A stretch of DNA of 64,000 bases from Candidatus Eiseniibacteriota bacterium (GTDB lineage Bacteria; Eisenbacteria; RBG-16-71-46). Of this stretch, positions 39,371 through 49,000 are shown piece by piece. Numbering within the stretch: the first letter of the stretch is position 1; every line of letters begins with the position of its first letter. The position numbers and the translations under genes were made by a program. The notes below the pieces were generated by a model that saw only the letters and a program-made list of their open reading frames with translations, had not been told where the DNA came from and made no database searches. The DNA lies in assembly GCA_041483195.1 (NCBI GenBank), contig JBGPFC010000017.1, positions 1-64,000 on the forward strand, written 5' to 3'.

Positions 39371-41476
39371 CTAGTGCTCGAAGTGGAACGGCCTGCCGGC
39401 GCGATAGCGCGCGAGCTGCTGCCCGAATCGCGCGGCTTCCTCCGCGCGGCCGTCGGCCTTCGCGATCCGAATCGCGCGTTCGCAGGTCGTGACCGCCTCC
39501 GGGAAGCGCCCCGCCTCGGCGTAAGCTGCTGCGAGCGTGCTGAAGATCACCGCCACCGGCTCGGGACTCCTGTCGCGCGCGCGCTCGGCCATGCGGACCG
39601 CGACGGCGGCGTCGCGATGCATCGCTTCCGCGTGCGTCGCGCGAATCCACGCCACGTTGTTGAGCGCATCGAGGTCGTCGGGGTTCGAATTCAAGATCTC
39701 GCCGTACTCGACGATCGCGTGTTCGACGCGGCCGCTGCGGGTGAGCGTGACCGCCAGCGCCCGGTGAGCCTCCGCGTCTCCGGTCATGAGCGCCACCGCG
39801 TGCCGCAGCAGGCGCTCGGATTCGGCGAGCTCGCCGCGCGCCCCGATGGCCGCTCCGAGATTGAGCACCGACGAATAGAAATCGGGGTCGAGCCGGAGCG
39901 CTTCGCGGTACTCGCGGATCGCATCGTCCATGCGGCTCTCGTGCGCGTATGCGAATCCCAGATTGTGGTGCGCCTGCGCCGTGGGTGCGAGCCGGATGGC
40001 CTCGCGAAGCTGCTCGATCGCCTCGTCGTAGCGGCCCAGCGCGCCGAGCACCCCGCCGAGGGTGTTGTGGACCTCCGCGAAATCGGGGGCGATGCGCAGC
40101 GCGGACTCGTAGTGAGGAACAGCGAGTTCCAATCGGCCCTCGCGGACGAGATCATCCCCCAGGTACTGGTGCGCGATGGGGTTCAAGGGGGTCACCGCGA
40201 GTGCGTGCGCGAACAGCGTGCGCGTATCCTTCCACACCGCAACCTGCCGCGCGGTCGTCGCGGCGAGCGCGGCCAGCACGACGATCGAGGCGCTCGCCGC
40301 CGCGATCCGGCCGGCACGCGAGCGCGCGACCAGATCGCCCACGCCCCACACCGCGGCGATGAGCAGGCCGATGGTGGGAAGGTAGGTGTAGCGATCCGCG
40401 TAAGCCTGCCCCCCCACCTGGATCAGCCCGATCACCGGAAGCGCCATCCCCAGGTACCAGAACCAACCCACCGCGAGATACGGGCGCGACTTTCGCCATC
40501 TCAGTGCCGCCCAGGTGACGAGCGCAAGTCCAAGCGCCGACGCGATGGCGCCGCCGAAATCGGCCGTCCGCGCGTTGGGGTAGAACACCGACAGATCGAC
40601 CGGCCAGATCGATTTTCCGACGTACCGCCAGTACGAGATCAGCGCGTTGCAGATGCGCCGCTCGATCGACATGTATCCGGTCGATGCGACCGCGCCCGAA
40701 TTGCGCTGGACGATGAAGGTCACGACCGAAGCGGCCACGGCGAGCGCGATCATCGGCCATTTCTCGGCGAGCAACCCCGCGAGCGGGCGGATCCTGGCGC
40801 GCCCACCGGAGGGCCGGCCCGGCGCACGGCTGTCGCCTGACAACCGCCCCAGTGGCCAGACGTCGAGCAGCACGAGCACGAACGGCAGCGTCACCAGCAT
40901 GGGCTTCGACATGAGGCCGAGCGCGAAGGCCGCGATCAGCAGCGCGTAGCGGCCGGCGCCCGGCCGCTCCACCCAGCGCCGGTAGGCTTCGATCGCGAGC
41001 AGGAAGAAGAGCGCGCTGGCCACATCCTTCCGCTCCGAGATCCACGCCACGGACTCGACGCGCAGCGGATGTATCGAGAAAAAGGCTGAGACCATCACGC
41101 TGCGCCACCACGCCCCCGTCAACCGGAACAGGACACCGACGAGCAGCAGCGCGTTCAGCACATGAAACACGAGGCTCATGGCGTGGTGGCCCGCCGGATT
41201 CAACCCGAACAACTGCACGTCGAGCATGTGCAGGATGGAGGTGAGCGGGTGCCAGTTGCCACTGTGGGGCTCGTGCAGGAACCAGCGCACGCCATCGAGA
41301 GTCAGACCCCGGATGACGTGCGGGTTCTCGTAGACGTAGCGGGGATCGTCGAACTGCACCCAGTCGTTCTGCACCACGCCGGCAAACGCGGCCACGATCG
41401 CCGCGCCGAGCAGCGCGAGCAGCAGCGGCCTCGAGGCGCGACGCCGAAGCGGGCCCGCTGAAGTCTCACCACTCAC
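39371..41476 (-). CDS. TMTC-like membrane glycosyltransferase with TPR repeats
   Basis: FDD motif, NWHPLT, HPLRVESVAWISERKD, ADRYTYLP; C-terminal TPRs. Confidence 0.85.
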   Translation of the reverse strand: MSGETSAGPLRRRASRPLLLALLGAAIVAAFAGVVQNDWVQFDDPRYVYENPHVIRGLTLDGVRWFLHEPHSGNWHPLTSILHMLDVQLFGLNPAGHHAMSLVFHVLNALLLVGVLFRLTGAWWRSVMVSAFFSIHPLRVESVAWISERKDVASALFFLLAIEAYRRWVERPGAGRYALLIAAFALGLMSKPMLVTLPFVLVLLDVWPLGRLSGDSRAPGRPSGGRARIRPLAGLLAEKWPMIALAVAASVVTFIVQRNSGAVASTGYMSIERRICNALISYWRYVGKSIWPVDLSVFYPNARTADFGGAIASALGLALVTWAALRWRKSRPYLAVGWFWYLGMALPVIGLIQVGGQAYADRYTYLPTIGLLIAAVWGVGDLVARSRAGRIAAASASIVVLAALAATTARQVAVWKDTRTLFAHALAVTPLNPIAHQYLGDDLVREGRLELAVPHYESALRIAPDFAEVHNTLGGVLGALGRYDEAIEQLREAIRLAPTAQAHHNLGFAYAHESRMDDAIREYREALRLDPDFYSSVLNLGAAIGARGELAESERLLRHAVALMTGDAEAHRALAVTLTRSGRVEHAIVEYGEILNSNPDDLDALNNVAWIRATHAEAMHRDAAVAVRMAERARDRSPEPVAVIFSTLAAAYAEAGRFPEAVTTCERAIRIAKADGRAEEAARFGQQLARYRAGRPFHFEH

Positions 41477-41508
41477 CGTCTTGCTCGACGTGCTCCGCTC
41501 CTAACGAA

Positions 41509-41537
41509 GCGGCCACCCTCGACTCGAGGGTGGCCGC
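41509..41537 (-). terminator. Intrinsic terminator after lamin-tail gene
   Basis: GCGGCCACCCTC/GAGGGTGGCCGC stem then TTCGTT. Confidence 0.65.
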
Positions 41538-41570
41538 CGTGATGCCGTGTTGGGCACGGCAATGTTCGAA

Positions 41571-42269
41571 CTAGCGGTACAGCACCTTCAGTGTTCCCCA
41601 CGTCGTCGAATGCGCCGGGGTCGCGAGACAGGCCGTGCTCGCGGGACTCGCCGAGTTGCGGAACGGCGTAGAGGCGGTGGCCGCCACGGAGAAGTCCGTG
41701 CTGTTGTTGTCCGTGTCCGTGATGCCGGCACCATTGCGAACGAGGCTCTGCGCGTTGGTCAGCACCGACGCCGGGGCGGTCTCGAAACAGTTGGCCGTGG
41801 GGCCGTAGCCAACGATGTCGATGAAAACCGGCGGGTTGCTGCACAGGTTGTTCAGGTTGGTGTTGTTGACCAGCGCGATCTTGCCCGTCGTCGCCGACAT
41901 GCTGATGTTAAGGGTGGTGTAGTCTGGCACCACAGGCTGCGGCGCACCGTTCGTGCCGAGCGCGCCGAGCTCGATGAGCATGTAGTGGCATGGGCCGATG
42001 GAGGCGCCGGCCGGGAAGACGAACATGTTGCCCGCCACACTGCCGAAGCTGGTACCGGTCGCCGAGCCATACGCGAGCGCCCAGCCGAACAGGCTCACGG
42101 CCGAGCCGCTATCGTTGAACAATTCGACGTAGTCCTTGTTGTAGGTGCCGGTGCTGCCGCCGCCGCCGCCGTACACCTGGCTGATGCGGACAGCGCTCGA
42201 CGCGAACGCCGCTGACGCCATCGCGAGACAGAGCGCGGTGGCAAGAAGACTGGTAGCGACCTTTTTCAT
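41571..42269 (-). CDS. Secreted lamin-tail-domain protein with TWGxxKxLYR tail
   Basis: Signal peptide; VRISQVYGGGG...DYVELFN; DTDNNSTDF; ends STTWGTLKVLYR. Confidence 0.85.
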   Translation of the reverse strand: MKKVATSLLATALCLAMASAAFASSAVRISQVYGGGGGSTGTYNKDYVELFNDSGSAVSLFGWALAYGSATGTSFGSVAGNMFVFPAGASIGPCHYMLIELGALGTNGAPQPVVPDYTTLNISMSATTGKIALVNNTNLNNLCSNPPVFIDIVGYGPTANCFETAPASVLTNAQSLVRNGAGITDTDNNSTDFSVAATASTPFRNSASPASTACLATPAHSTTWGTLKVLYR

Positions 42270-42609
42270 CGGGGTCCCCTCTCGGTTGTGGAAACTGTGG
42301 TGCGTGGATTGCCGAGCGTCGCGCGCGATCACTTCGCGCTGGCTTGTCTCCGCAAGACCCCGATGCGGCCCTTCCCCGGAATCGTCCCGGCGCGCCTCAC
42401 GGGGGCGCCGGCTGAAGGGGTGGGGGGGGACCGGATGCGCGACGAACTTGCCTTGGCACCTTCAAAGCCACAATGACGATAGCGAGTTTCGGGCTCGGTC
42501 GGCAAGCGAAAACGCGGGAGGGATGGGGAGATCGCGGCCGCGCGCGCTCAGCCCGAACTCCGGAACCCGTGGGCGGGCACCGGGTTGAATACCCGGGGCG
42601 ATCTTTCGT

Positions 42610-43431
42610 TCAGTGGCTTGAAACTCCACGCGAGACTTCTGACCCGGCCGGAGCCCCCGGCCCCCGCCCGCGGCGTCGCGCGCGGAGGAAAGTGAGCCCC
42701 ACGTTCGCGAGGAGAAAGAGGGCGAAGCCCCTCCTGAGCACGTCGCCCGGCGCCTTCTGCACCAGCGCCGAAGCCCCGGCCGCGCCCGCGGCCGCACCCA
42801 GCGCCAGCCATCCGACGATGCGCCTCAGCATGTTTCCGTGCCGCGCGTGCTCGATCGCACCCACCGGCGCGGTCACCAGGATGACGGCGAGCGATGTGCC
42901 CTGGGCGATCTGTTGTGGCATGCCGAGCAGGAGCGTGAAGGCAGGCACCGCGATGATGCCGCCGCCCACGCCCATGTAGCCCGCGAGCACGCCGACCGCG
43001 ACGCCGAGCGCCAGGTCCAACGCGACGGCGGCGAGCCCGTGGGGAAGCGCGACGAGCGGAGCGGTGGGGAGCTTGAGCATCAGGCGCACCGCCACCAGCA
43101 GCAGGAATATCGCGAACCCGAGCGTGAGATTGCGCGAGGACGTGCGGGTGGCGAGGCGCGCGCCGAGGCGCGCCGCGAAGACGCTCGATGCCCCGACGAT
43201 GATCGCGGTCAGCCAGTCGACGTTCGAGTGCGATCCGTAAATGACGAGCGATGCCAGCGCGGTGGCGCCCACCACCGCGAGCGAGGTGCCGTGCGCCTCG
43301 TGCTGGGTCGCATGGAACCAGGCGGTCAGCATCGGGACCAGCAGGATTCCCCCGCCCACGCCGAACAGGCCACCGGCGATTCCCGCGACCAGCCCGGCAG
43401 TCAGCGCGCGCGCGCGATCGCCGGCGGTCAT
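42610..43431 (-). CDS. TauE/SafE (TSUP) family transporter
   Basis: Two GxxGVGGG...GTSL repeats. Confidence 0.9.
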   Translation of the reverse strand: MTAGDRARALTAGLVAGIAGGLFGVGGGILLVPMLTAWFHATQHEAHGTSLAVVGATALASLVIYGSHSNVDWLTAIIVGASSVFAARLGARLATRTSSRNLTLGFAIFLLLVAVRLMLKLPTAPLVALPHGLAAVALDLALGVAVGVLAGYMGVGGGIIAVPAFTLLLGMPQQIAQGTSLAVILVTAPVGAIEHARHGNMLRRIVGWLALGAAAGAAGASALVQKAPGDVLRRGFALFLLANVGLTFLRARRRGRGPGAPAGSEVSRGVSSH

Positions 43432-43438
43432 CGCGCCG

Positions 43439-44353
43439 TCAGGGCTGGGGCGTCGCGATGCTGGCCGCGAGCGTGCGCTGGACGAGACGCGTCACGTCCG
43501 CGAAACGAGTCGCGTTGGTCGGGGCCCCGAGCACGACCGCGATCATGTCGCGGCCTTCGGTGTGCACCCAGGTGGCCAGACAGTAGCCGGCCTCGCTGAT
43601 GAAGCCGGTCTTGCCGCCCATGATCTCGTAACGGCCGTACAGCATGCGATTCGTGTTCGCGATCTGATGCGGCCGCGTCGCGCTGCGAAACGCGTAGGAC
43701 CGCGTGGTGCTGATCGGCTGGATCACCGGGTTGTTCGCGGCCACGCGGAGCAGGCGTGCCACGTCGGCGGCGGTCGAGACGTTGCGTTCGTCGAGACCCG
43801 TGAACTCGACGTAGCGGGTATGCGTGAGCCCGAGCTCGAGCGCCTTCTGATTCATGCGCGCCAGGTAATTCTCGGGCGAGAGCCCCGATTCTCGGGCGAG
43901 CACCCGGGTGGCCACGTTGTCGGAACACATGAGGCTCATGTGCAGCAGGTCGCCGAGCGCGACCCGCTCGCGATTGCGCAGCTGGGAGTGGCCCGCCCCG
44001 TAGAGCTCCGTGCGCGTGACCTCGGCCATCCGATCGAGCTCGGGGCTCTGCTCGAGGAACACGAGCGCGGTCATGAGCTTCGTGAGGCTCGCGATCGGCA
44101 CCGAGAGGCCCGAGTTCTTTTCGTACAGAACTTCGTCGGTCGCGGGGTCGAGCACGATCGCGTTGCGGGCGTAGCATCCGCCGGGAGGTGCGCGCCGCGC
44201 CCGCCGGCCCAGGTGACGGCGGTGTCCCGCCTGGCCAACCGAAGCCGTGTAGGTCTGAGTCGTCGAGACGGAAGCGGCGGCCGTCATGGCCGGGCACGCG
44301 ATCAGGGCCAACAACAGCGCGGCCCCGACGCGTCGTACGGGGTGAAGCGACAT
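43439..44353 (-). CDS. pbpG: D-alanyl-D-alanine endo/carboxypeptidase (S11, PBP7-like)
   Basis: ASLTK (SxxK), SDN, KTGFISEAGYC. Confidence 0.85.
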   Translation of the reverse strand: MSLHPVRRVGAALLLALIACPAMTAAASVSTTQTYTASVGQAGHRRHLGRRARRAPPGGCYARNAIVLDPATDEVLYEKNSGLSVPIASLTKLMTALVFLEQSPELDRMAEVTRTELYGAGHSQLRNRERVALGDLLHMSLMCSDNVATRVLARESGLSPENYLARMNQKALELGLTHTRYVEFTGLDERNVSTAADVARLLRVAANNPVIQPISTTRSYAFRSATRPHQIANTNRMLYGRYEIMGGKTGFISEAGYCLATWVHTEGRDMIAVVLGAPTNATRFADVTRLVQRTLAASIATPQP

Positions 44354-44496
44354 GATCCCTCCAGAGCGCCCTCGTCGCGAGGGCTCGGGGCCGGTACCCT
44401 CCATGGTATCGGTATCTGCGAGGAAATCACTTTAGCGGCGTCTGCCGCGAGCCGTCAACGAAAACCCTGCCCACCCGCGGCTGGGTGGGATGCCCC

Positions 44497-44883
44497 TCAG
44501 TGGATCAGGGTGGAACGCAGGTGCGGATAGACGGGCTGGCGGACCGCGCCGCGCTGCCAGTCCCCGAGGCGGCAGAAGCCATCGACGCTCAGGTCCTCGA
44601 CTTCTTCGGAGAACGCGTCGAGCCTTCCCTCGTGCAACGCCACCACCATGGTCTCGCCGCGAGCACGATTGAGGATCCTCACGATCTCGGGATTGAGGCA
44701 GGGCCCATACACCAGGTCGACGAGCACGAGGCCCGGCAGCGAGCGCAGCAGGCGCAATGCCTCGCGAGGTCTTGCAGCGATCCGCACGCTGGTCCCGCGA
44801 CCGCGGAGCGCGTTCATGTGTGCGGCATGCAGGCTGGGTGCTGCGCTGAGCAGCAGAACTTCACATGATCGAGGGGGGTTCAT
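44497..44883 (-). CDS. Degenerate receiver-like protein
   Basis: EVLLL...EALRLL...LVLVDL...VVAL...DGF pattern; ATGA overlap with upstream gene. Confidence 0.55.
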   Translation of the reverse strand: MNPPRSCEVLLLSAAPSLHAAHMNALRGRGTSVRIAARPREALRLLRSLPGLVLVDLVYGPCLNPEIVRILNRARGETMVVALHEGRLDAFSEEVEDLSVDGFCRLGDWQRGAVRQPVYPHLRSTLIH

Positions 44884-45428
44884 GAGAGAGATCCTCGTGG
44901 GCTGGGATCCAGGCCGAGGTCGACCCGGATCTTGTCCAGGCTGTCGTACAGGGATGGAAGGAATCGCCCCGCCGAAACCTCCGTGTCGAGGTCGAGGTTG
45001 CTTCCCACCGCGAGCCGACCCGCCCATGCCGAAGCCTCGTCGGCATCCCCAGCTGGGGCGAGCCGTCTCAGAAAACGGAGCAGCAGGCGCTGTGAATCCA
45101 GCGACAGCCGCTCCACGAAATCGATCAGCAACGTGCCGCCGTCCGTCGCACGCAGCAGGCTCCGGCCGGGCTCGGGGTCCGCGTTCGACAGCCAGCCCCG
45201 GAGCCCGGCCTGCACCGAAGCTTCGTCATGATCCGCGCGTACCGCGACGAACGCTCCGTAGCGCACCGGGCTCTCGCGATGGAATGCGATCGCGACCTCG
45301 GCCCGCTCGGAAGGCGTTCCCCGCAGCAACAGCAGGTGAATGAGGCTATGCCGGTGCATGCGGATGAGCTCGGCGGCCCGCGGCGCCGCCCTTCCGGGGA
45401 ACAGATTCTGTTCGAGTGCGCGAGGCAT
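44880..45428 (-). CDS. Stand-alone degenerate sigma54-interaction AAA+ fragment
   Basis: AFVAV, ATDGGTLLIDFVERLSLDSQRLLLRFL, GRFLPSLYDSL resemble bEBP C-regions; no GKE, no GAFTGA, no HTH. Confidence 0.75.
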   Translation of the reverse strand: MPRALEQNLFPGRAAPRAAELIRMHRHSLIHLLLLRGTPSERAEVAIAFHRESPVRYGAFVAVRADHDEASVQAGLRGWLSNADPEPGRSLLRATDGGTLLIDFVERLSLDSQRLLLRFLRRLAPAGDADEASAWAGRLAVGSNLDLDTEVSAGRFLPSLYDSLDKIRVDLGLDPSPRGSLS

Positions 45429-45434
45429 CGCCCG

Positions 45435-45746
45435 TCAGATCTTCGGTCGCCGCGCAGTCGCGGTGCTGACCGGGGTCGTGGCCCGGATCACGCGCGCCGC
45501 GGACTGACGGGGAGCGAAGCGGGCGCGCAGGTAGTCGCGGATCAGCGCGGCCTGGTATTCGAGCAGGGCGGTCGGCGCGAGCGTCGGGGTTGCCGCACCC
45601 TCCGAAGCGCCGCTCATGAGGGCGCTCGTGCCTCCGGTCGGGACGACGCCCGATCCCTGAGCGCTGGCGGGTCCGGCGAGAAGGCTGAGAGCGCAGGAAA
45701 GAATCGCGGCCAGGGCGATCGCAGCCAGCAAACGGGCGGCACGCAT
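45435..45746 (-). CDS. Small secreted hypothetical protein
   Basis: RBS AAGGAGG; signal peptide ending ASA. Confidence 0.65.
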   Translation of the reverse strand: MRAARLLAAIALAAILSCALSLLAGPASAQGSGVVPTGGTSALMSGASEGAATPTLAPTALLEYQAALIRDYLRARFAPRQSAARVIRATTPVSTATARRPKI

Positions 45747-45800
45747 GAAACGCCTCCTTCGAAACAGTGGTGAAACGCGGGGGGACCGCGACGCCACTTG

Positions 45801-45815
45801 GCGAGGACCGTGCCA
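45801..45815 (-). promoter_or_regulatory. Putative sigma54 -24/-12 promoter
   Basis: TGGCAC-GGTCC-TCGC, 54 nt upstream of 45746. Confidence 0.6.
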
Positions 45816-45873
45816 GCTGCCGTCCATCGATGATCCGTGCTCGCATCGTGCTTCCCGACAGAGACTTAGTGCG

Positions 45874-46004
45874 CTTCCGATCGGAAGAAGTAGCACGTCG
45901 TCGCATGGAGTCAAATTCGCCGAAACCAGCGAAATGACGACATCGCCATTTATATAATCTGTTGTCTGTATTTTAGTTCAAGTTAATTTCAGCGATTTCG
46001 GCGA
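45874..46004. promoter_or_regulatory. Candidate enhancer region
   Basis: Palindrome CTTCCGATCGGAAG (45874-45887); inverted TCGCCGAAA-N5-GAAAT arms (45917-45935, 45986-46004) around an AT-rich tract. Confidence 0.45.
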
Positions 46005-49000
46005 GTCCGCCGTTTATGGCGAGTCGAATCGAGGGTGTACTTGCGGATGCGGTAACGAAGAGACTGCTCCGTGAGCCCCAGATGGCGGGCGGCGAGGCTC
46101 TGGTTGCCCGATGCGAGTTCGAGCGCTTCCGCGATCGCGCGGCGCTCGAGCTTCTCGACCAGCTCCTTGAGGGTGCCGCCGCGCGGGATCTGGTCCGGGC
46201 GTTCTTCGAGGTCGCGCGGCGGAGGCGTGGGATGCAGCGCATCGCCGGGCGTCATGGCCAGCACGCGCTCGATGTAGTTCTGCAGCTCGCGCACGTTCCC
46301 CGGCCAATCGCTCTGCATCAGAGCCGGGACGAATTCCCGGGTGAGCCGCGGCACGGGACGTTCCTGCTGGCCGGCGTAGATCCGAACGAAATGCGCCGCG
46401 AGCGCCGGGATGTCCGCCTTGCGCTCGCGGAGCGGAGGCACCTCGATCGGGATGACGTTCAGGCGGTAGAAGAGATCCTCGCGAAACGTGCCCCGCTCCA
46501 CCGACTGGCGCAGGTCGCGATTCGACGCCGCGATGATGCGCACGTCCACCGGGATGGGTTTTCCTCCACCCACCGGGGTGATCTCGCGATTGGCGATCGC
46601 CGAGAGCAGGGCGACCTGCTGCTTGAGCGGCATCTCGCCGACTTCGTCCAGGAAGAGCGTGCCCCCGTCCGCCTGGACGAATCGCCCGTCGCGCCCGCCC
46701 ACCTCGGTCGCGATGCGCGACAGGATTCCGAACAACTCGCTCTCGAGCAGCGTCTCGGGAATCGCCCCGCAGTTGACCGCGACGAACGGCTTGAGCCGCC
46801 GCTTGCCGCTGTGGTGCAGGACGCGGGCGATGAGCTCCTTGCCCGTGCCGTTCTCGCCGGTGAGCAGCACCGTGGCATTGACCCGCGCGGCGCGATCGAC
46901 CACGGCGAGCACGCGTTGCATGGCGGAGCTCGTCCCGATCAGATTTTCCGCACGGAAGCGCGAGCTCACCTCGCGGCGCAACGAGAGGTTTTCTCCGACC
47001 AGCTGCTCGTTCACGCGCAGCACTTCCTGGTGGCCGCGGCTGTTCTCGATGGCGACGGCCATGAGCTGGGCGAAGCCTTCGAGCAGGGCGCGGTCCGCGT
47101 CGCTGAAGACGTCGGGGCGGCGCGAGTCGTCGAGATAGACCGCCCCCACCACGCGTCCGCCGAGGTAGAGGGGGACGCAGAGGATGGACCGGAGACGCAT
47201 GTCCATCACGCTCTCCGAGCGGGCCTGCGGATCGGTCGGCGCGTCGGCGATCAGCAGGCTGCCCCCGCTCTCGGCCACGCGCTGCACGACCCTCCGGCTG
47301 TACCCGACCGCCGCGTTTCGGGTCTTCGCGTCCACCGCGCCGAAATCGGCCACCGGGGTGAGCTGCCCGGTCTCGGGGTCGGCCAGCAACAGCACGCCAC
47401 GCTCGGCGTCGAGCTGTTCGACGGCGAGCCTCATCGCGCGCCGCGTGAGCTCCCCGAAGTCGGACATCGAATTGAGCAGCCGGCTCACCGCCTCGATCAG
47501 GTCGCGCTCGCGTCCCGCCGACGGGACGCCCGCGGCGCCCCGGCGGAGCCATTCCACGGTGAGCGCGAGGGTGGCGGCTCGACCGCGCGAATCGCCGAGC
47601 CGCTCGAACGCGCCGGCCGCCACATCGAGCCAGCGCCCGACCGCGATGGTCGCCTCGCGGTCGGCCGCGAGCGCGAGCCGCGAGAAATCGAGCGCGGCGT
47701 GCGCGCGATCGGCCGGCGCGGGAAGGGCACCCAGCCGATCGAGCACGGCCCTGGCGCCCTCTTCGTTCTCCGAATTCCGCGCTCGCGCGAGCGCGAGCTC
47801 GGACCGCAGCTGGTCCACGGTCGCTGCGGCATATGGTGCGTCGTGTCCGGCGAGCCAGGATCGCGACTCCTCGACCCGCGCCTTCGCGAGGTCGATCGCG
47901 CCGGCGCGGAGCGCGGCACGGCCCGCGAGGGCCAGCAGGACCGTGCGTCCCACCGATCCGGAGGGCCGCGGGCTCGCGAGCGCGCCGTCCCAGAGTTCGC
48001 CAGCTTCCTTCCAGCGGCCGGCGGCGATCAGCGATCGGCCCAGCTCGATACGGCACCAATCGATCTCGTCGGGCCTCGACAGCTTCATGCCCAGCGCGAG
48101 CGCGCGCTGCGCGATGCGGGCCGCTCGCGAATAGCGGCCCGCGATCCGATGCGCCTGGGCCAGCGAGCGCATGGCGAACGGCGTCTGCTGCGGCAGGTAG
48201 ACCCGGCACATGCGCACCGCGGCCCGCGCCTGCGCGAGCGCGCCGGCTCGATCGCCCGTGAGCCCGTCGGCCTGCGCGAGATTCGCGATCGCGATCGCGG
48301 CGCCGTGCGGGCGTCCGTCCTCCAGCGCGAGCCGCGCCGCTTCCGCGACGGAGCGGCGCGCGTCCGGCCAGCGGCCGGCCTCGATCAGGATGACCGACCA
48401 GTTGAGCAGCAGCTCCTCGAGCGGCAGCCGCAACCCGTGCGCGCGCGCGCGCGCGATGGCATCGAGATAGAGACGCTCGGCCTCGGCGGCGCCCTGACGG
48501 GATTGCGCGATGACCGCGCACAATCCCGTGGCCCGCAGCTCTCCCGGGAGATCGCCCGCGCGCGCGAACGCCTCAACGGCCCGAGCGGCCGTCGCCGCAG
48601 CTTCCTCGGCGAGGGTATCTTCCGCACGCCCGCTGATCATCGCGCCGGCGAGCGTCTGCGCCGCGACCCCGATCGCCAGCTCGTCGGTCGCGGACTCGCC
48701 GAGGGCCAGCGCATTCCGCGCCAGCTCGAGCGCGCCGGGCCGGTCGCCATCGAACAAGAGCCGCGCGGCCTCGTTGCTGAGAATGCGCGAGCGCGAAGCT
48801 TCGGGGAGGGACGCCGCGAGCGCCGTGGCGGCGACCCGCGCGGCGTCCGCGAGCTTCCCCGCGCGCAGGCATGCGGTCGACAGCTGCACCCAGCGCGCGG
48901 GGCGGTGATCGGGCGCGGCATCCAGCGACAGGGCGCGCTCGATGTGCGGAATCGCCGAACCGTAGCGGCCGCGCGCCGCCCACTCGCGCGCGGCCCGCTC

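Noticed and set aside
42439..42468. Weak sigma54-like elements upstream of the lamin-tail gene
   Set aside because: Best match is on the wrong strand and the correctly oriented one is poor
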